The notes beneath the pieces are model-generated. The model made no database searches. It was not told where the DNA came from and worked only from the letters and a program-made list of their open reading frames with translations. A stretch of 64,000 nt of DNA from Tubulanus polymorphus (taxonomy: Eukaryota > Animalia > Nemertea), in the NCBI RefSeq assembly GCF_964204645.1, contig NC_134025.1, forward strand, positions 4,712,001 through 4,776,000, written 5' to 3'. Of the stretch, positions 25,737 through 41,182 are shown one piece after another. Every line of letters starts with the position of its first letter. Position 1 is the stretch's first letter. The position numbers were made by a program, and so were the translations under genes.

Positions 25737-28700
25737 TTTATATAGACATTGAAATGACGACTGACCGCAAAGAGCTTGATTAGAAAATAAGTCTTCCTTA
25801 TAATGGGATTAATGATAGATCGAATCGTAAGGCACAAGATGGCTTTGTAAGTGCGACTAACTGCGAAAAGCGAATAGAAACACCATCAAAGTACAGGAAA
25901 ACGACAAAGTATTTGCGTTGGTCTACTACTCAGTAATAGTGCCATGACAATCGAGGTCAACAATTGTCTTGTCTTGTTTGTTATGTGGTAAGCCTCTTCA
26001 CCGAGAGTGGCTGAGTGGTGATACGCGCATTGGCTTTTATTAGTTGAAGTGAGAGGGACATCCATTTGTCTGTCATCAGTAATAGAATCAGTAACAACAG
26101 TATGGAAATGGGCATTAAGTGATCCATATGTTACAGGACCTGGGATCCAGCGATGGCCAATCATGTGTACAGCCCTATCAGTATACATGGAACGTCTAAC
26201 TGACGTTAGCCCGGGGATTTTAGCTGTTTGCTCGACGTCGTAAACGTAAATCGCTATCAATGACATATTCTAGACTTACATGCTTACAACGCTGAAGCCA
26301 TTACGAATTGATAGCTTTTTGGTGAGCAAAATCGCACATTGTTTATTAGATGAATTTTTCTTTAAAATGTGCGCATAGAATACTGATAGTTTTTGTTCTA
26401 TTGAATTTGAGTTCATCAAAAATGTTCCTGCAGACTTGTCAATTTTTTAGATACCTTATTCTGAGATCTCGTGCTCGGATAGCTGAGCGTGCTAGTAATA
26501 TTTGCGATTGTTATTTGATTTATTAATAATGACAACACTCTACTCCTCTGGGTCGTTGTAAATCTACGATTGAATTTCGATCAATCTATGAGTTATGTTA
26601 CTTTAGAAAAAAGTGCCTGACGTGAGCGTAGAACCCGATCATCGACATATTCATTCAGAAATGAAAGTTTTACATCAAGTTCTGATATTTTGATTCTTCA
26701 AAAACATTAACAAATTAATCAGAGTTATCAAGTTAGATATTTGCGATGTATAAATGGCAATAATATACTATCGTATTATTTACGATAGAATTTGAAATGT
26801 TTCAAACTTCCAAGGTTGAAAGCAGGTCCGACCGCTGCGGATGAATAGAAATAAAGTAAATTCGTATATTGAAAAATGATTTCTGGAAATTACATGCCAC
26901 TGGTTATTACGTTCCGGCGACAATTGCCGACATTACTCGGTAAGGTTTGAACGATGTATGAGGACGATATCATCCACCGTGTGACCACCGATAACAGTTC
27001 ACAGTTCTCACTCGAGCAATATGACGACTCATAACGCGACAATATAAAAAAGCAATTTATGAACTGGTCGGATAAGCCAGCATAAACGGTGGCTTAGCGA
27101 CATTGATGGGGTGTTATCAGATGCTCCGCACATCCATCGTTTACAGATGGCCAGGTTTGCCATTAGCATAATAACGAGTTTTACCATGGGACATTGCACA
27201 TTCGTTTTCAAAGAATGGAACCCATTCTGTTGCCGTTATTCGAGTTCGGGTTAAAGCTTATGTCATCTTTTTTTCACTCTGTTCACAGAAAGCTTTGCCC
27301 AGTTTTCAATCACGAAATCCCCGCGGTGGCAAGAAAAATAATACTTAACGTACAACATCGGCTAATCGCACTATTGTTTCCGTCATGGTAAACGCAGCAG
27401 ACTTTCATTCGCGTCATTTGCTGGCTCCCGATAGACCGGTAATCGTTCAAAATCAGTTTTCTACGTTTCGGGTTTTACTATCGGAGAAATGAGACATTAT
27501 TAGAAAAATGATACGAAATAATTTTGATGTCGACAAGACAAATTTGCCCATTTGGCAACATAAAATCACTCAGTTTCAAAATTTCTACAAGCTTACAGCA
27601 TCGTTTATTTCTATAAACTGATCGCGGTGGTCGCTTCAGGCAGCTGTGATCTCGGTACCTTCTGATCGAAGCACATGCGTGGGCCTTCGTGCCGGGTATA
27701 TACCAAACTAAGACGTGTTAACCTTTTGTTTGAGAATTTCATCCCCCCTACTCTCGAAAACATAATTCTTTGAAAACAGCGACATCGTTTCTTCGAAATG
27801 AACTACGGATGCTATGCTTTACAACCTTCCCACGTGACGAACAGAGCGAGCTTGTGTAGACAGGGCAAAAAGTACATGAAGAATTAACTTAAGATTTTCA
27901 TCCCGGTGGGGCCCGCGTTAGCCTAAAGAGCATTAACGAGAATTATTTGGTAGGAAATGGTCTTGTGTATTAAACCTGACACATCCCAGTTGGTTTGTAA
28001 CATCACCGTTACATTCAAACTGTCGACAAGAAATAACATCGTTCGTGCGCAAAATATTCTCAGCGACCCGAACAAGAATCACGAGTCGCGCGATGCCATT
28101 AACGTCTCACTGATTTAATAGAAACCTTTTTTGAGAGGCATAACAAATATTCTAAATTAGATTGCCGCTCAAGGGATGTTCACGGGGAATTTAAACTCCT
28201 AGAGTTTGAAAGCTCCTCGATTATTACGAGTGATATTAATGTAAGTATATTTTGCGACGGCGCGGAAATCTTTTAAAATGTATAGCGCCAACGGATCCTA
28301 CGAAGTGATAGGATTAGAATTTCTAGGATCAGACAGAAGTAGATGCCTTGCGCAAAAGATCTTGGTTGTCGTTTGTTTCCGGCTGAAATGTAAACGCGAT
28401 GATTGGAGCCATCTTTTATTCAGCTCTTACTCCTGAACTTTGTTGCTTTTTTAGTAACCATGTTGTTTTGAACTTTGACACTAGACACATATATTTGTAC
28501 AGTTCGACTCATTGTCGTAAGTCATGTCGTAAGTTAACCAACTAAGTCGACGAGAAAAAGATCATTTTCGCTGTGGAAGACTATTCGCATCATTCACTAA
28601 CTTGATTGAAAGATCAATGTTAACCTCGCGAGACTGAGCATAATGTATTTTTATTCGGAAGCGAAGCCTATTTTACGGATCTCATAACTCTCTAAAACAT

Positions 28701-31700
28701 GGCTAATATTTGCTTTATCGTTCCGAACGCAGACGTTTGATGACAAATGTACACGGAAGAAGGACATAGGAGAAACAATGATCATATAAAACATGTCTGT
28801 GTTATCAAATAAAACGGCTATACGTCAGGAACTGAAAAATAACCTGAAATATGGTGTCACGTCTAGTGCTTTCTAACAGTGATTGTGAATGCGAATGATC
28901 AATCCACGTAATTTTCAAAGCAATCATCACCAGACAATGTCGCATTTATTTAGTTGGAGCAGTTAGAATAGCACTGAGCTATTTCGTGAATGCGTGGCGC
29001 TCACATTTACACAAATCTTCCGATTCCGACAGCTGAATGCCACTGCTTTTTGACTCTGACCTAGTCCATCTTCAAGAAAATAGCAGTATCACCATTAATA
29101 TTAACGGTATGTATACGTGATTAATGAAATATTCAGTTAAAAAGCTAATTAGCAAATGTCTATGGAAAAACCGGAAAAGATTATTCATAAACAACAGTAT
29201 CATAGCGATTCGAAAAAATCGTCCCCCTTCCTTAAAGTCTATAAGGACATTAGACCCGAATGAGCGCACAGAAAGAAAACACTCCAACAGAAATTCAAAT
29301 TTCTATTCAAATTTAGTGCTATTGGGAACAATTAATGAAACTGCCGATTTGCCGTTGGGGCTCATTTTTCGGCGTGCGGAGACTTCTGTGAATATTATGC
29401 CCGGCTATCGGCAGCCATGCCATTACAGGCAGTGCGTCAATTACAGCAATGGCAATGATGAAAAATGATGAAATGAACAGACCGAAAAGTGCCTTAAATC
29501 AATGTGGTGACGCTATACAGAAATAAAAAGGATTATTATGATAAGTGTTTTGGACCTCGTTTCGTAGATTTAGTTTGCACTGGATTTAGTGTCCCGATAA
29601 CACAACGTCTAAAGTTTAGTCTTAGCTTTACTTTACTTAACTTGTTTTTCATTTCCGACCAAAAGAGCATCAAATATTTCATCATATATGATACGTAATC
29701 TACACCACGCAATATCATGTGTTATACTATATTTTAGTGCATGATCGTTGAATCCCCACCAGGTAAACCCAATAAAGTAAGTGGTATGTAATTGAATTGC
29801 CCTGCTTCAGTCAAAGTCTTCAGGCATTGCATGATTATCAACATAGAATTTTACGAAGAGTTTACAAACCATCACTTATAGACATTACATAGTGATTTCA
29901 ATTGATATTCGGTACTGCAGGCAAATCGAATGCCGATTCAGGTAAGAATATCACTATTAAATGAATTGAACAATTAAACGGCAAATACTTGATCGAAATA
30001 GAAAAAGACACCCTTTTTAACGAAGGAGTATAATCCAGAATTCTAGAATTGGGACGGCTTAAACGCAAGGTTCTTATCGCATGACATTTCGCTATAGCTG
30101 ATTCTTCTGTTGCGACAGCCTGCGAGATTTCACAGTTGATCCTGTTGTTTTTGTTACCCACGGATAAACCGGTAAATGTCTTATTCATAAACACATCTGA
30201 ATCCCAACAAATACGATTCTATATATGGTTTGTAAAGGCTGAATTTCTGTGCGCTTTCTTCATTTAGGGACCTTAGCAATGCGCTTCATTCAATCTAATC
30301 AGATTTCCTTGTAAACATCTTTAATCGACTCCCGAGAATTCGAGACATTCCGCAGCCCATGCCAGACTCAAAGTTCAAGTTATTCTGCCGTCTTAACGTC
30401 TCATTGTAAGATGTCTCCCCCAGCCGTTATAAGGGTTCGCTTAGCTGCACATGAACGTATTTACGACATGAAATTTAATGAATGGGTCGGTGTACATATG
30501 GCAGTGAAACTTCAAAAAAATCTGCTTTAAAAGATGTATCTGTTTCAGGTTCCTGAGAATCGAAACACTCGAAATAATGCGAAGATGCAAAAGAAACAAA
30601 AATGGCTCTCCGATAAATAAGCCGCTTTTGTGACCATTGGAATTATTGGTTTTGTAAATGACGTACTTCGGTATAGTAATCGCCGAAATTCTTCCATCCA
30701 AGAACGTCAATTTAGCTCACAACTCCTGCTGGCGCTGAGTAAATGGATTACTAGCGGCTTTTGATGCATGATTGGATTGGGCCTCGTTCGGACAACATGG
30801 TTTCCCTGTAAAAATGATCCAATTTGCAATCTATTGATAACGAACTACCTCGGGAAAATCGTAGCACATTTTCAATATCATTCCGCGCACCTACATCCTA
30901 GAAATTACCGATCATTCATACAGACCTTCCTGCGTAAAAAACACTAAGACTAAAAAAGAATCAATCTTCTTCGCTAAATAGGTACAAACATTAGAAAATT
31001 AGCATTAAATGAAACCGTAGATTCTAAAGCTTTAATCTCCATATAGACATTCAACTAAATTCTTTTTCAAGATCTTAAACTCGGAAATCGTATGTTGACC
31101 AGACGTCGTACTCCCAATCAAACACTGATATCTTATCTCCTCTCCGGTTGATAGTGATCTGATAACATTTCGGCGTGAAGATTTTTTACATACTCATTAT
31201 GGTCCAGGACGCATCGTATTATTCATAACAGTTTTGACGTTTTGTCGTTAACGCGCGCACAGCGTAACGCCATCGAATCTACCTGGCGATACATAATATC
31301 GCCAGTATATCGCCAGTAATAACATTAGATAGCTGCTAAACTAATCGCCAGAGCGCTGTATAATCACTTTTGTTCCAACCGGATGACCAGCATTATATTC
31401 TTTCCCAGTTGATTGTAGAATTAGCTTCTTCCGTATAGCGCAATAAGGTTCTCGTAATAACTTTTCACCAAAGGCTAGATTGGTTTTATCGCATCTTAAA
31501 ATCATTATTTACTGGCGAAGCTCTGTGGTACCCGAATAAAAAGACGATTTTTCAACCAATTGATGACAAAGACTAGATTGAACGGACAAGCTCACGGAGG
31601 CGTTTTTGTTTCATTGCATTGTTTTGGCCATCATCTCTTCCCGGAGCAACGTCATTCGCGACGGCTTTGAAGGCCTTGCTTAATTCGCTTTGATTTCGTG

Positions 31701-32290
31701 AAGAAATTGCGTTTTCTGCACCTCATTCCATCGGTGACTCTGTTAATCAGATTAACATCTGTCTGATAATAACATGTTAACTGGGAATCGATGAAAAAAT
31801 ATCAGTTCGGTTCCGTTGACATTACATGGAAACGCGTTGATATTTATGTGACATACGCAATCACGGTTATTCTTGTCGATGATGGTCAGTTTTTTGGTTA
31901 GCTAATCGAGCCGCAGACCATTTAATTTCCTGGTATTTCTGCCTCACTAGTCGGCTGTCTTCCATTTATCTAACTCGCATCCGCACCAGTGGCATTTCCT
32001 GGCCCATAAACTGTCTTATACTTTATACATGCGCGGAAGCGACGTAGCCGGATCCTATCAGGGAGAGTTTCATAAGGGAGTTTCGCCATCCAATCAGATT
32101 CACCTCATCTGTATTCTCTTTTCTTATTAATCGTAATTACGATCAGCATGGTCTCGTCTTGAGCCCGGCTTTCTTTCTAGTTGAACTGCAAGTAGCCAAA
32201 CGTCATTACGGTCTGCCATGCGGTGTCGATCAAAATTTCAGGTCGAATCACATATTCATATTAGTCCGCGCTACAGAGTATTATGCGCAA

Positions 32291-32570
32291 CTGACTGGTT
32301 GACTGAATGACTGGATGATTAGATGACTGGATGACTGGACGACTTGATGACTGGCCGACTAGGCGCCTGAATGACTGGACGACTGGATGACTGGTTCAAT
32401 GTGAGGTGAAGTGGTGATGGTGGAGATGGTGGAAAGGGTGATGATGTTGACAATGGCGGATGTGGTAATGGTGATGATGGAAGTCGGATGAAGACGGTGG
32501 CGATGATGGTGGATGATGGATTATAGGTATAAAATAAATCATTATTGTTATTTATAATTATCATTATTTT
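32291..32570. repeat. Compound simple repeat: degenerate (GATGACTG)n, then (GGT/GAT)n, then (ATT)n
   Basis: Visible 8-bp periodicity at 32291-32395, triplet periodicity at ~32410-32520 and an ATT-rich tail. Confidence 0.85.
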
Positions 32571-35500
32571 TATCAGTTAACACGATAAACACAGAGCTCA
32601 TTTGTGAATTGAGTGCGGGCCATTTTATGAAGTAGGAGACAGACTTGCATCGAGTACATTTCCATTTCAGAAAATCATATTTTCGCCATTAATTTGAATT
32701 AATTTGAATGGCCATTTCACAAGTATATTCTTATACTGTTGCTTTGAAATGGATCCACCAAATGTCATCGAGAAAATTATTTGCTGAACTACGTCGAGGA
32801 ATCTATTCTAATTGTTATCACACTGTTGCTTGGATGACAGGATCTCACGACGGGATTTACCAAGTTTCTCGTGACCTTATCGTGTGCTTTTGTTACAAAA
32901 ATTGCAATAATATCAACATGAATGCGGGAAGTAAGAGCCCCAAATGGTAAGCCATCACAGTTTGATAAGCCTCTCGTTTTCCGCTAGGTAATAAAATATA
33001 AACGCTTTGCCGCTGGCGGAAGACTGAAGTGATCTGGCTGGTAACACAACTCGTCAGATAAAATGGCTGCAACACCGCCATCATCATTACTGATACAGAG
33101 CAAAACAAACAGAGCAAATATTTTCTTATGTACACTTTATGGATGGCTTTACGAAAGCGCTCTGATCAAATCAGTAAATAAAAAATGGAAGATGAGATAA
33201 AAAGAAGTCCTTAAGTCGAAAATATGATTTTTGATTTTACCGTGCGTGTTTGAACATGATATTGTATGCAGTAATTGTTGAAATTGAAGTGAAATCATCG
33301 ATTGAAGCATCCGCTCTAAGCTGTTGATATTCTATAGCACCCACAGCTATATCCGTAATTTGTGGTTCATTCGATGTGTTTAATAACTTCATCGTCAACA
33401 TGGCGGAGAGGAAATCTATTATAAGAATTGAGTAGCAACATAAGTAATCTAATATAATAAATTCATTATTGTAATAGTTTACGAACCCCTACAAGGCGCG
33501 ATTCAATACATTCAGCTATCATATAATCATAACGCATTTGTGGTCCGTTATTCAAAATCAACGGTCATGTTCAATCTAGCGCGTAATTTTCTCCCTTTAA
33601 ACTTCACTGCCGATTCGTCGCAAAACTGTGTTTGGTGATTGAGCGATCGAAAAAGAAGTTTATTATCGTTGAGAAGTTACGGGTTAATGGGAAAACAGTG
33701 ATAAGAGGGTCTGCCATTTTGTTCAGGGCAATAAACTCGCTGGTTACAAGGCGGTAAATTGGCATGTGATTGGAACAGAACTAAATAGTTGATCCGCGCG
33801 TTAACGGCAATCGAATATTAGAAAGATCGATTGTGATGTATATGTGATCGGATAATTTATTTACAGTTACGATGATTGTCACCAGTCATTAGAGGTCCAT
33901 TCATCTGTAATGCGATAGTGTGTCTCGTCGATTTATCGATGACAAAAAGTGGTTTCGATTCCGATGTAGAAAAAACGCGCATCAACATTTCGTATCGCGA
34001 TGCATTGGATGCGAGTCTGTCGATCAAAATGAAAGGCAGTAGCTCGTGTCGTTATAATTATGTCAAACGTTAGAATTATCGCAAATTGCCAGAGTTGGTT
34101 TATAATAACTGATAGGTCGATAGAACTGATTAAAATGAAATGAATTTTTATTATATTGCATAGTTCATTATAGTAAATCTCTGTAGATGTACTCTGGAAA
34201 CTACGATGTTCAAAATCAGTCAAAAATCTCCAAAACATCGATTGGTTGTCTTGAAATTAGCGCCATTGTGGAACATATTTTTTCCGTCGCTTATCCGAGA
34301 ATATTTGCGGTTTTTCCCTATGGCGGTCGTATTTACATATTGGCTAGTGTAAATATTGTCATTTCTAAACGAGCGTTGTCGCCGCGCTTCTTGCAGTCAC
34401 GTTTATGGCGTGTTGCGGGACTCATCACTGGTAATATTATCTTTAATTTAATTCACGAGAATTCTCTATTTATGAACCCGAGCAAGTAATCATAGTTTTC
34501 GCGACGAAGCGCCTCGTATAATCAAATCAAAAGAAAGGTGGCGGGATTATTGTACCTGTTCCCGAAAGACGAACACAGTAATTATGTTTCTCAGGAAAGC
34601 GAAAAGCTCGTGGCAAAAAACGATGAACCCGATCAATCGCTGAGGTCAGATACCTATCCATATGCCTAGTAGCTGCTGAGGCACCAATGCTCCGAGTCAC
34701 CGTCGCGGAAATTGGGAAGCCGTGACAGAAAGAGTGATCTTTTTAAGTACCAGGAATGGTACGAAAAAATGCCAGACATGACGACTTCTTTCTCGGGCAA
34801 AGTGCTAATCATACTTATGATAAAAAAGGAGTTTGAACTGAAGAAAACATAATAATCTTAATCTTATTTCGATGATAAAAAGGTCAACGCAACCTTAATG
34901 ATAGGCCAATGCAACGTCTTATGAATAAGCAACAGTCAATTGCACTACCATCACTTCCTAAATAGTCATCAATCCTTCTATTGTGATGCCAGAATGCTGT
35001 ATAATCATCTTAACATTCGCTGACAAAGTCATTTAAAGACGACCAATGATGTTCCTTTTGGCGTAATTTTCGGTTTTCTTGATGTTGGCTGTCTGCCATA
35101 TTTGCTAGCCTGTTAAAGGGGGTTTTCTATAGATTTTGGTTGTCAATATTGGCAGAGCTGAAACTGTATAGACAGGACACTTATACCGAAAATACATCGA
35201 TTGTAAAACATTGTGATGATTTTGTCACAGGCAATTTGTGTGTGATATACAGAAAATATGATACATGATACTGTAACTGTGCGAATCTAATGGTTCGACG
35301 TGTAATATTCGACCATGTTTCCAGACAAAGAGAGAAAAACAACGATTTGTGCGGTGAATGGTTTTCGCAGGAATAGCTTCTACTGACGTCACTATATCTT
35401 GGGAACAAGCTTCATAACGTGCCGGAATTGAAAGCCCTATTCGCGCATGATAGACCTTACCATTAAAATGGCTTCTTCGAACGTTTTGATTATTGTGATG

Positions 35501-38500
35501 CCCGGATAACAGTTTTTTTCCGATAAATCACGCGTACATTTCAGATTCGTGATCTGAACTGAATAGTTTAACAATCGAACACGATTTTGGGTGCATTTTT
35601 TACTATCATTCACCGAAACTAAATAAACGTCTTGTAACACGCATAAAATACACGCAGTAACATTGTCCCAAATTGTTTAAGCGCAGAAGAATCGAGCGTC
35701 ACCATAAAAGCAACAGTTTGAACTGACCGATTGTTGACACTTGCCGTGTTCTGCCCATCGTGGATTGGAAAAGAGTAGCTTGGATCATGAGCACTAGTCC
35801 GTTAACTCCAGCAGGGGATGCGGCAGTCTTGCCATTATCCATCATTTACAGGTGTTTGGTTTGGCATTACAACGAATACTTATGCCCAAAATAAGACGTT
35901 GTAACCACTGGATACGGAATTACATTAAAGATGGCCGCCTTGATCAAGGAACATGCAAACGAAAACAAAATTTCGTTTTTTTCAACGTAAGAATGGGCCC
36001 AAGATGTATGTTACATTGTGAAAAGAAAAGAATTAGCCTTTTATTCGTACATCACTTAGTCAAGTCTCCGAAGTAGACACGTATTTCGGAAACGTGTCTG
36101 ACTAGTGCGTGATGTGGAATGTAAACCAGCATTTATATCCTTTTGTTCAAATGATATGGTTTTTAGCAAGTTCACTGTTAGGTCAGCGTGGCCTCCATTT
36201 CCTGTTTCAGGAAATTGTGTAGAATGAACGATTTATATATATACCGCGGTCAATCCGGACAATCGGGATATAGATACGTTCAACGGAACTAAGAGGCAGG
36301 ATATATATTGTGTTTTATCCACTGTGGGCCACTTTATAGATATATTGTATAATACTAATAATCATAATCACTCTTTTCTACAAATTCTCTCTTGTTCATA
36401 TGATTCACTGGCTGACTCAACTTCCGTAGAAATTGACGGCGTCGCTCCTTCCAATCAACGACGTTACAAAACTTCCCGACACGAGGAATTCCCAACTTCT
36501 GCAGTAGAAACATCGAAGTATTCCCTGTTCTTGGAACCAGCGAGGTCATTTGAATGGACAGCAGTTTAACGAAGCTATTAGACAGTTAGTGCTGAAACTG
36601 TGGTCAATTAACCATTACCACATGAATTTCTACTGGTATTCAATACTTGATCATAATCGACCACGCAGCTCAGCAGCATGTCCGGGCTCTTAAATGCGGC
36701 ACCGTGCGAGAGATTGGCGCCGGAAACAGCGCGCTCTTTCACTCGATGATTTCTCGGTAATAGAGGATGATATATCAGTTTTGCAGCCAATTTCTGCTCG
36801 AAACATGAATGATTCATAGAATGAAATCAATCCCAAAATATTTGTCAAAACTTAGCTCAATATATGTATGTATGTTTATATGTATAAATGTATATATACA
36901 GAAAGGGAATCTTGATCAGATTAAACTCAAATATGTATCGGTCAGTCGGGTTCCAAAATCATCTACATTTATGATGTTAACTGAGGAATGTAATATGGGG
37001 GTATTTTACTGAAAATATAGATTTCAGTCGCCTGATCTGACGTCGCAGTGTTGAAATAAACACCTAGGTTCAAATTAAAACTCGTATATATAAACTGTTC
37101 TCGCATTTTTCATATCGAAGATGCGCACGGGTTTAAATTGCTTAACTTACTTCTAAAAATCGGATGTTACATATAATAATCTTAGTCTCCTTTGTCGAAA
37201 TGATGTAAAAAAAAAATCAGAAAATGGAACGTCTTAAAATCTTGTTACGATGCGTTTCCCTGTACGAGTGAAGAATTGCCAACGATAAGCAGGTAATGAA
37301 TTATTTAAGAACACATGACGACGCCGACGAAAATTGCCAGTTGATCCCCGCGAAATTGAAAGAACAGAATGCTTCAAAATGAAATCAGCTAGGATATCAC
37401 AGCAGAGAGCCTTGAGACACCGTGTCGAGCAAATGTTTGATATTCATATCCCGAATTTTACATGTGCGTTAAGTCGGTCGCTAATGGTGCGGATTAGAAC
37501 GATCCATTTTAGCACCGGTAAAGCGTCGTTTTATCACACTCACAATCCTGATTTTGAGAAAAAGCGACGTTAATTGATGCGGCTTTTGTGTTCTCAAAGG
37601 TACGAAATAGCAGATCTATCGATTTATGTGTCCTGATTTTTCACATTGCAATCCTACGGCCATATTTCCTGCCATGTGACCACTAAAAACTGCAACAATG
37701 GATTATATCGTCAACAGTTTTGACAAAGCTTCTCTAATGATTTCGTATAATGCTTATATAAATGTGTTTCGAACTTTGGCAGGTTTTGAAAAAAATTATC
37801 TAGCGGAGTAGGCTTATCCCCGAAAGGATCAATTTAGGAATTTAGATTAGATAGCAGATTAGATGGAACATTTAATTTCTATGTTGCGGAAACATCATGA
37901 TGCCTTGTCATTTTTGATAAACCTTAAACTGCCAGGCGGAAGAATATTCGTTGCGTGGATTTGAATAATTGGCAATTTATTTAAAAATCGACGCGCGTTG
38001 AGAATTGAATAGCTATAGCCGAAATTTGATCCGGGACGTCAGCATGGACGTGGAATACCCATCCCAGCATTTTCGTAATATTGCAGGAATTTCGCGATGC
38101 ATTCTTATGATAGTTCTTCGAAGGGGAAATCTGAATAGGACTCTCAATAGTTCGAAGAACTTTGAGATTCTGAACTTCTGACCTTCCCTGTGCGTGAAAA
38201 TAATGACTACTTTGGAAGATCAGTACGGTACGAAAACACGTCCATCTTAACCCAGGAGATTCCTTATATTCACAACTTTCATTAGGGAATATATTACGGA
38301 AGATATTGGCGAACACTGACCGAACGTACGTATCAAAAGCATTCCCAGGATAGCGCATCAAAAACGAGTGATATATTCCGTTAAGACAGAAAAGTGGTCG
38401 GTACGAAATTATTCCCGACACTACATAATTGATGCGTTTTTCAATTGGATCCTGGTGCCTGTTTATGAGACCGTATTTCCTCCAGGGAATACTGTGAAAT

Positions 38501-41182
38501 TGATGAAACGTAAAATGCATAAGTTTCACTGATGAACAATATGATACGTCGCTACATTTTTCATACCGTTGTTAATCCGTTACAGGAAAAGGTAACGCTT
38601 GCAACAATTAATATACAATTGACGTTGACACTGACAGATGTCGTCAGATGCCAGTGTTGTTTTTGCATATAATGCATGAGTATTATTGCGTGATAAATAT
38701 TGTCTTTCGTCCACGGCCGACGGAATGAACATAATACAACATTTGTAAACATAAGGAAGATCAAGGGCCGCCGTCGTAATTGCAAAAAGCATATTTCTAG
38801 ATATTCTTACTCGGTTTTACAAAAAATCTTTCTTTGATAACGGTAACTTCAACTTCATATCAGCGAGGTAGCGTCACAGCAGTGGTGAAATCTAATAAAA
38901 CGCAGTTGATAGATATATCCATCCAGTAAACGAAATCGTAATGCGGTATTAATTGATTTAATTAGTGGTGTCTGTTGAAGACATTCGAAGTTTTCCATCT
39001 TGTTATACCATGTGGTGACGACGTTCGATTTTATCTGAGATCCCATCATGATTTCTTGTTCGTCTGCGGGAAAGGTCACCCGGGAAAGAGCGTCAATACG
39101 ACTAGCAACAAAATGCGATATTGCGAAGTATAAGTCGGCCATTTGGTTTCAATATCGATGGATGTCGCTTATATGAAAATCATCCATGGGCCAGGCGTAA
39201 AGAAGAACCCTGATACCAAACTCATGCAGGTTTCCCACGGAGAGTGCCGCGCTGATTATGCATGGTTGGTGGTTCCATGTTAAGACGAGAAGCAAAGGAT
39301 TCAAAGCTAAACAAACGTTGAAATAACAAGGCGTTTAACGCTGAGATGCATTCATCATGATGTCACTTACTTCCACTCTGTCTTGTTAACCAGACGTATA
39401 TCGAGATGATCTGAATTTGATAGATCTAGTAATGGAGCGATGGTTTAAACATTTTGTTCAATGCCTTAAGTGTTATTTCCGTAGTTTTAAGAAGTGACTT
39501 GCGGGCAATATACATGTACAAAGAAAGAAAAATACTGTCAGAAACAGAAAATTCCCTCCTAGTGCTAGAAATGTTGCTATAACCATGCAGAGAAGGTAAA
39601 TGCAGATGCGGCTCCACAAACACCTTGATACATAAAACCTACTAAAAACCATAAAATTCAAAACGAGCCAAGCCAGACACATTTGCAACCTCGAACAGAA
39701 CATTAATCAAAATTTCCAACCGTTGCCCCGTTGAGCAACATTGTGAAATTTCTCAAATTAAAACGTTTATGACGTTCGCTTTGTCTCGACGGAATTAACG
39801 CAGCGAATACAGAATTGCTTATTACAAGATCGTTATGTCGGAGTCATATATTCGCAGAGTGAAAAAACAACTACCTTTCATGCATAATTAGTGAACTGTT
39901 GGGGCTAATTAGTAAAATATGCTAGGTATTAGATTGACTAATCACTCTTTCTAATGAAATTAAAGTCCCTCGAGGGAACATTTCGTTATTAATACTTCAT
40001 GATACTGGGAGTAGTGATTGACGAATATGTCTGGTGTTGCCAACTGTTTTAGACACATCATCATTTCCACATGATTCAATTATTTGCAGATCACTGGAAA
40101 TGCGGTGTGTACCCGTATGTATTAAAGAGTAAAGAAAGAGTACTTTCTGTTAAACGAGTTTCATATCAAAATCATTCAAATTTATTCCAGTGTGGTTATA
40201 CCTATTTACATCTTAACATATGTTAGTTAATTTTGTTTCGAGTTATCGCTACTAACTGTAGTTGATCTGTAAGGGCACTTATGGATGACTCTTCCCTAAC
40301 TTGAATTGATTTGTGTATCGTTGTTGCAGGTGTAACATCGGTAGATTAATTGCTCAGGAGATAGTAAGACAGTAAATTCAGCCTTGCAGCCAGTGCATTT
40401 ACTCGTAAAAACATTATTCTCAATTCCGAAGGCTGTGACGTGCTTAAGTGAAATAGATGTTAACTTTGGAGTCGAAATATTGCATTTGGTGCCCGAGATG
40501 AAACGGTATTTGAATTATCAATCCAACTTGATTTCATCGGAAACGTCCAAAACAAGAACAGGACCTGTAGATAAAAGAAATGAGCATATGCGCGTAATAG
40601 CTCTATCGTAATAGCTCTAGCAGATATTGGCCAGAGGCCCACGATTTACCCTTCGATAATCAAATTAATGTCGCTATTATTCTGTTATATGTCCTTGCGG
40701 AAATTAAAAAAGCGTAAACATTGGGATGGAACTCGGTTCGCACGTAAATCGGTTCGTTAACCAAATACTGTCTCGTGAACATATTTCCATTTCGAATATA
40801 TCGGACTCCCGGGTGCACATATTATAATTAATCCTTTTACACGTCCTGCGGTTCTGGTTCTTCTCATTTTGTCAGCACTTTTCCGATAACAGTACCAGCT
40901 ACCATTACTTTTATCATCTCAAGTAACCGGGACTTAAAGCAAAATATATAAACGAGTGTAAATTCAACGACTTAATCAAATCTAAGATATGATCTATGTC
41001 ATATTTGGAAAGATTGAACAACTGAAAAGACGTTGTTTTATGGTGGGAATATAAAAACGTCGTGTTTGAAATATCTTTTTTCGAATAAAAAATCTCCATA
41101 CGACCGAATATTCAAAGTATGTTTGTTTTTTATATTTTACAGAATTTGAAACGTTGAAAGCCGTATAACTGAACGTGACAAG

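Noticed and set aside
36115-36130. tggaatgtaaa, matching the 5' end of miR-1
   Set aside because: The match stops after 11 nt and the sequence is not positioned on the arm of a suitable precursor hairpin.
37981-38529. 182-aa minus-strand ORF, plus other 60-130 aa ORFs between 16 and 49 kb such as 25886-26266 and 29124-29468
   Set aside because: No recognisable domain, no consistent splice structure, and composition typical of random AT-rich ORFs.
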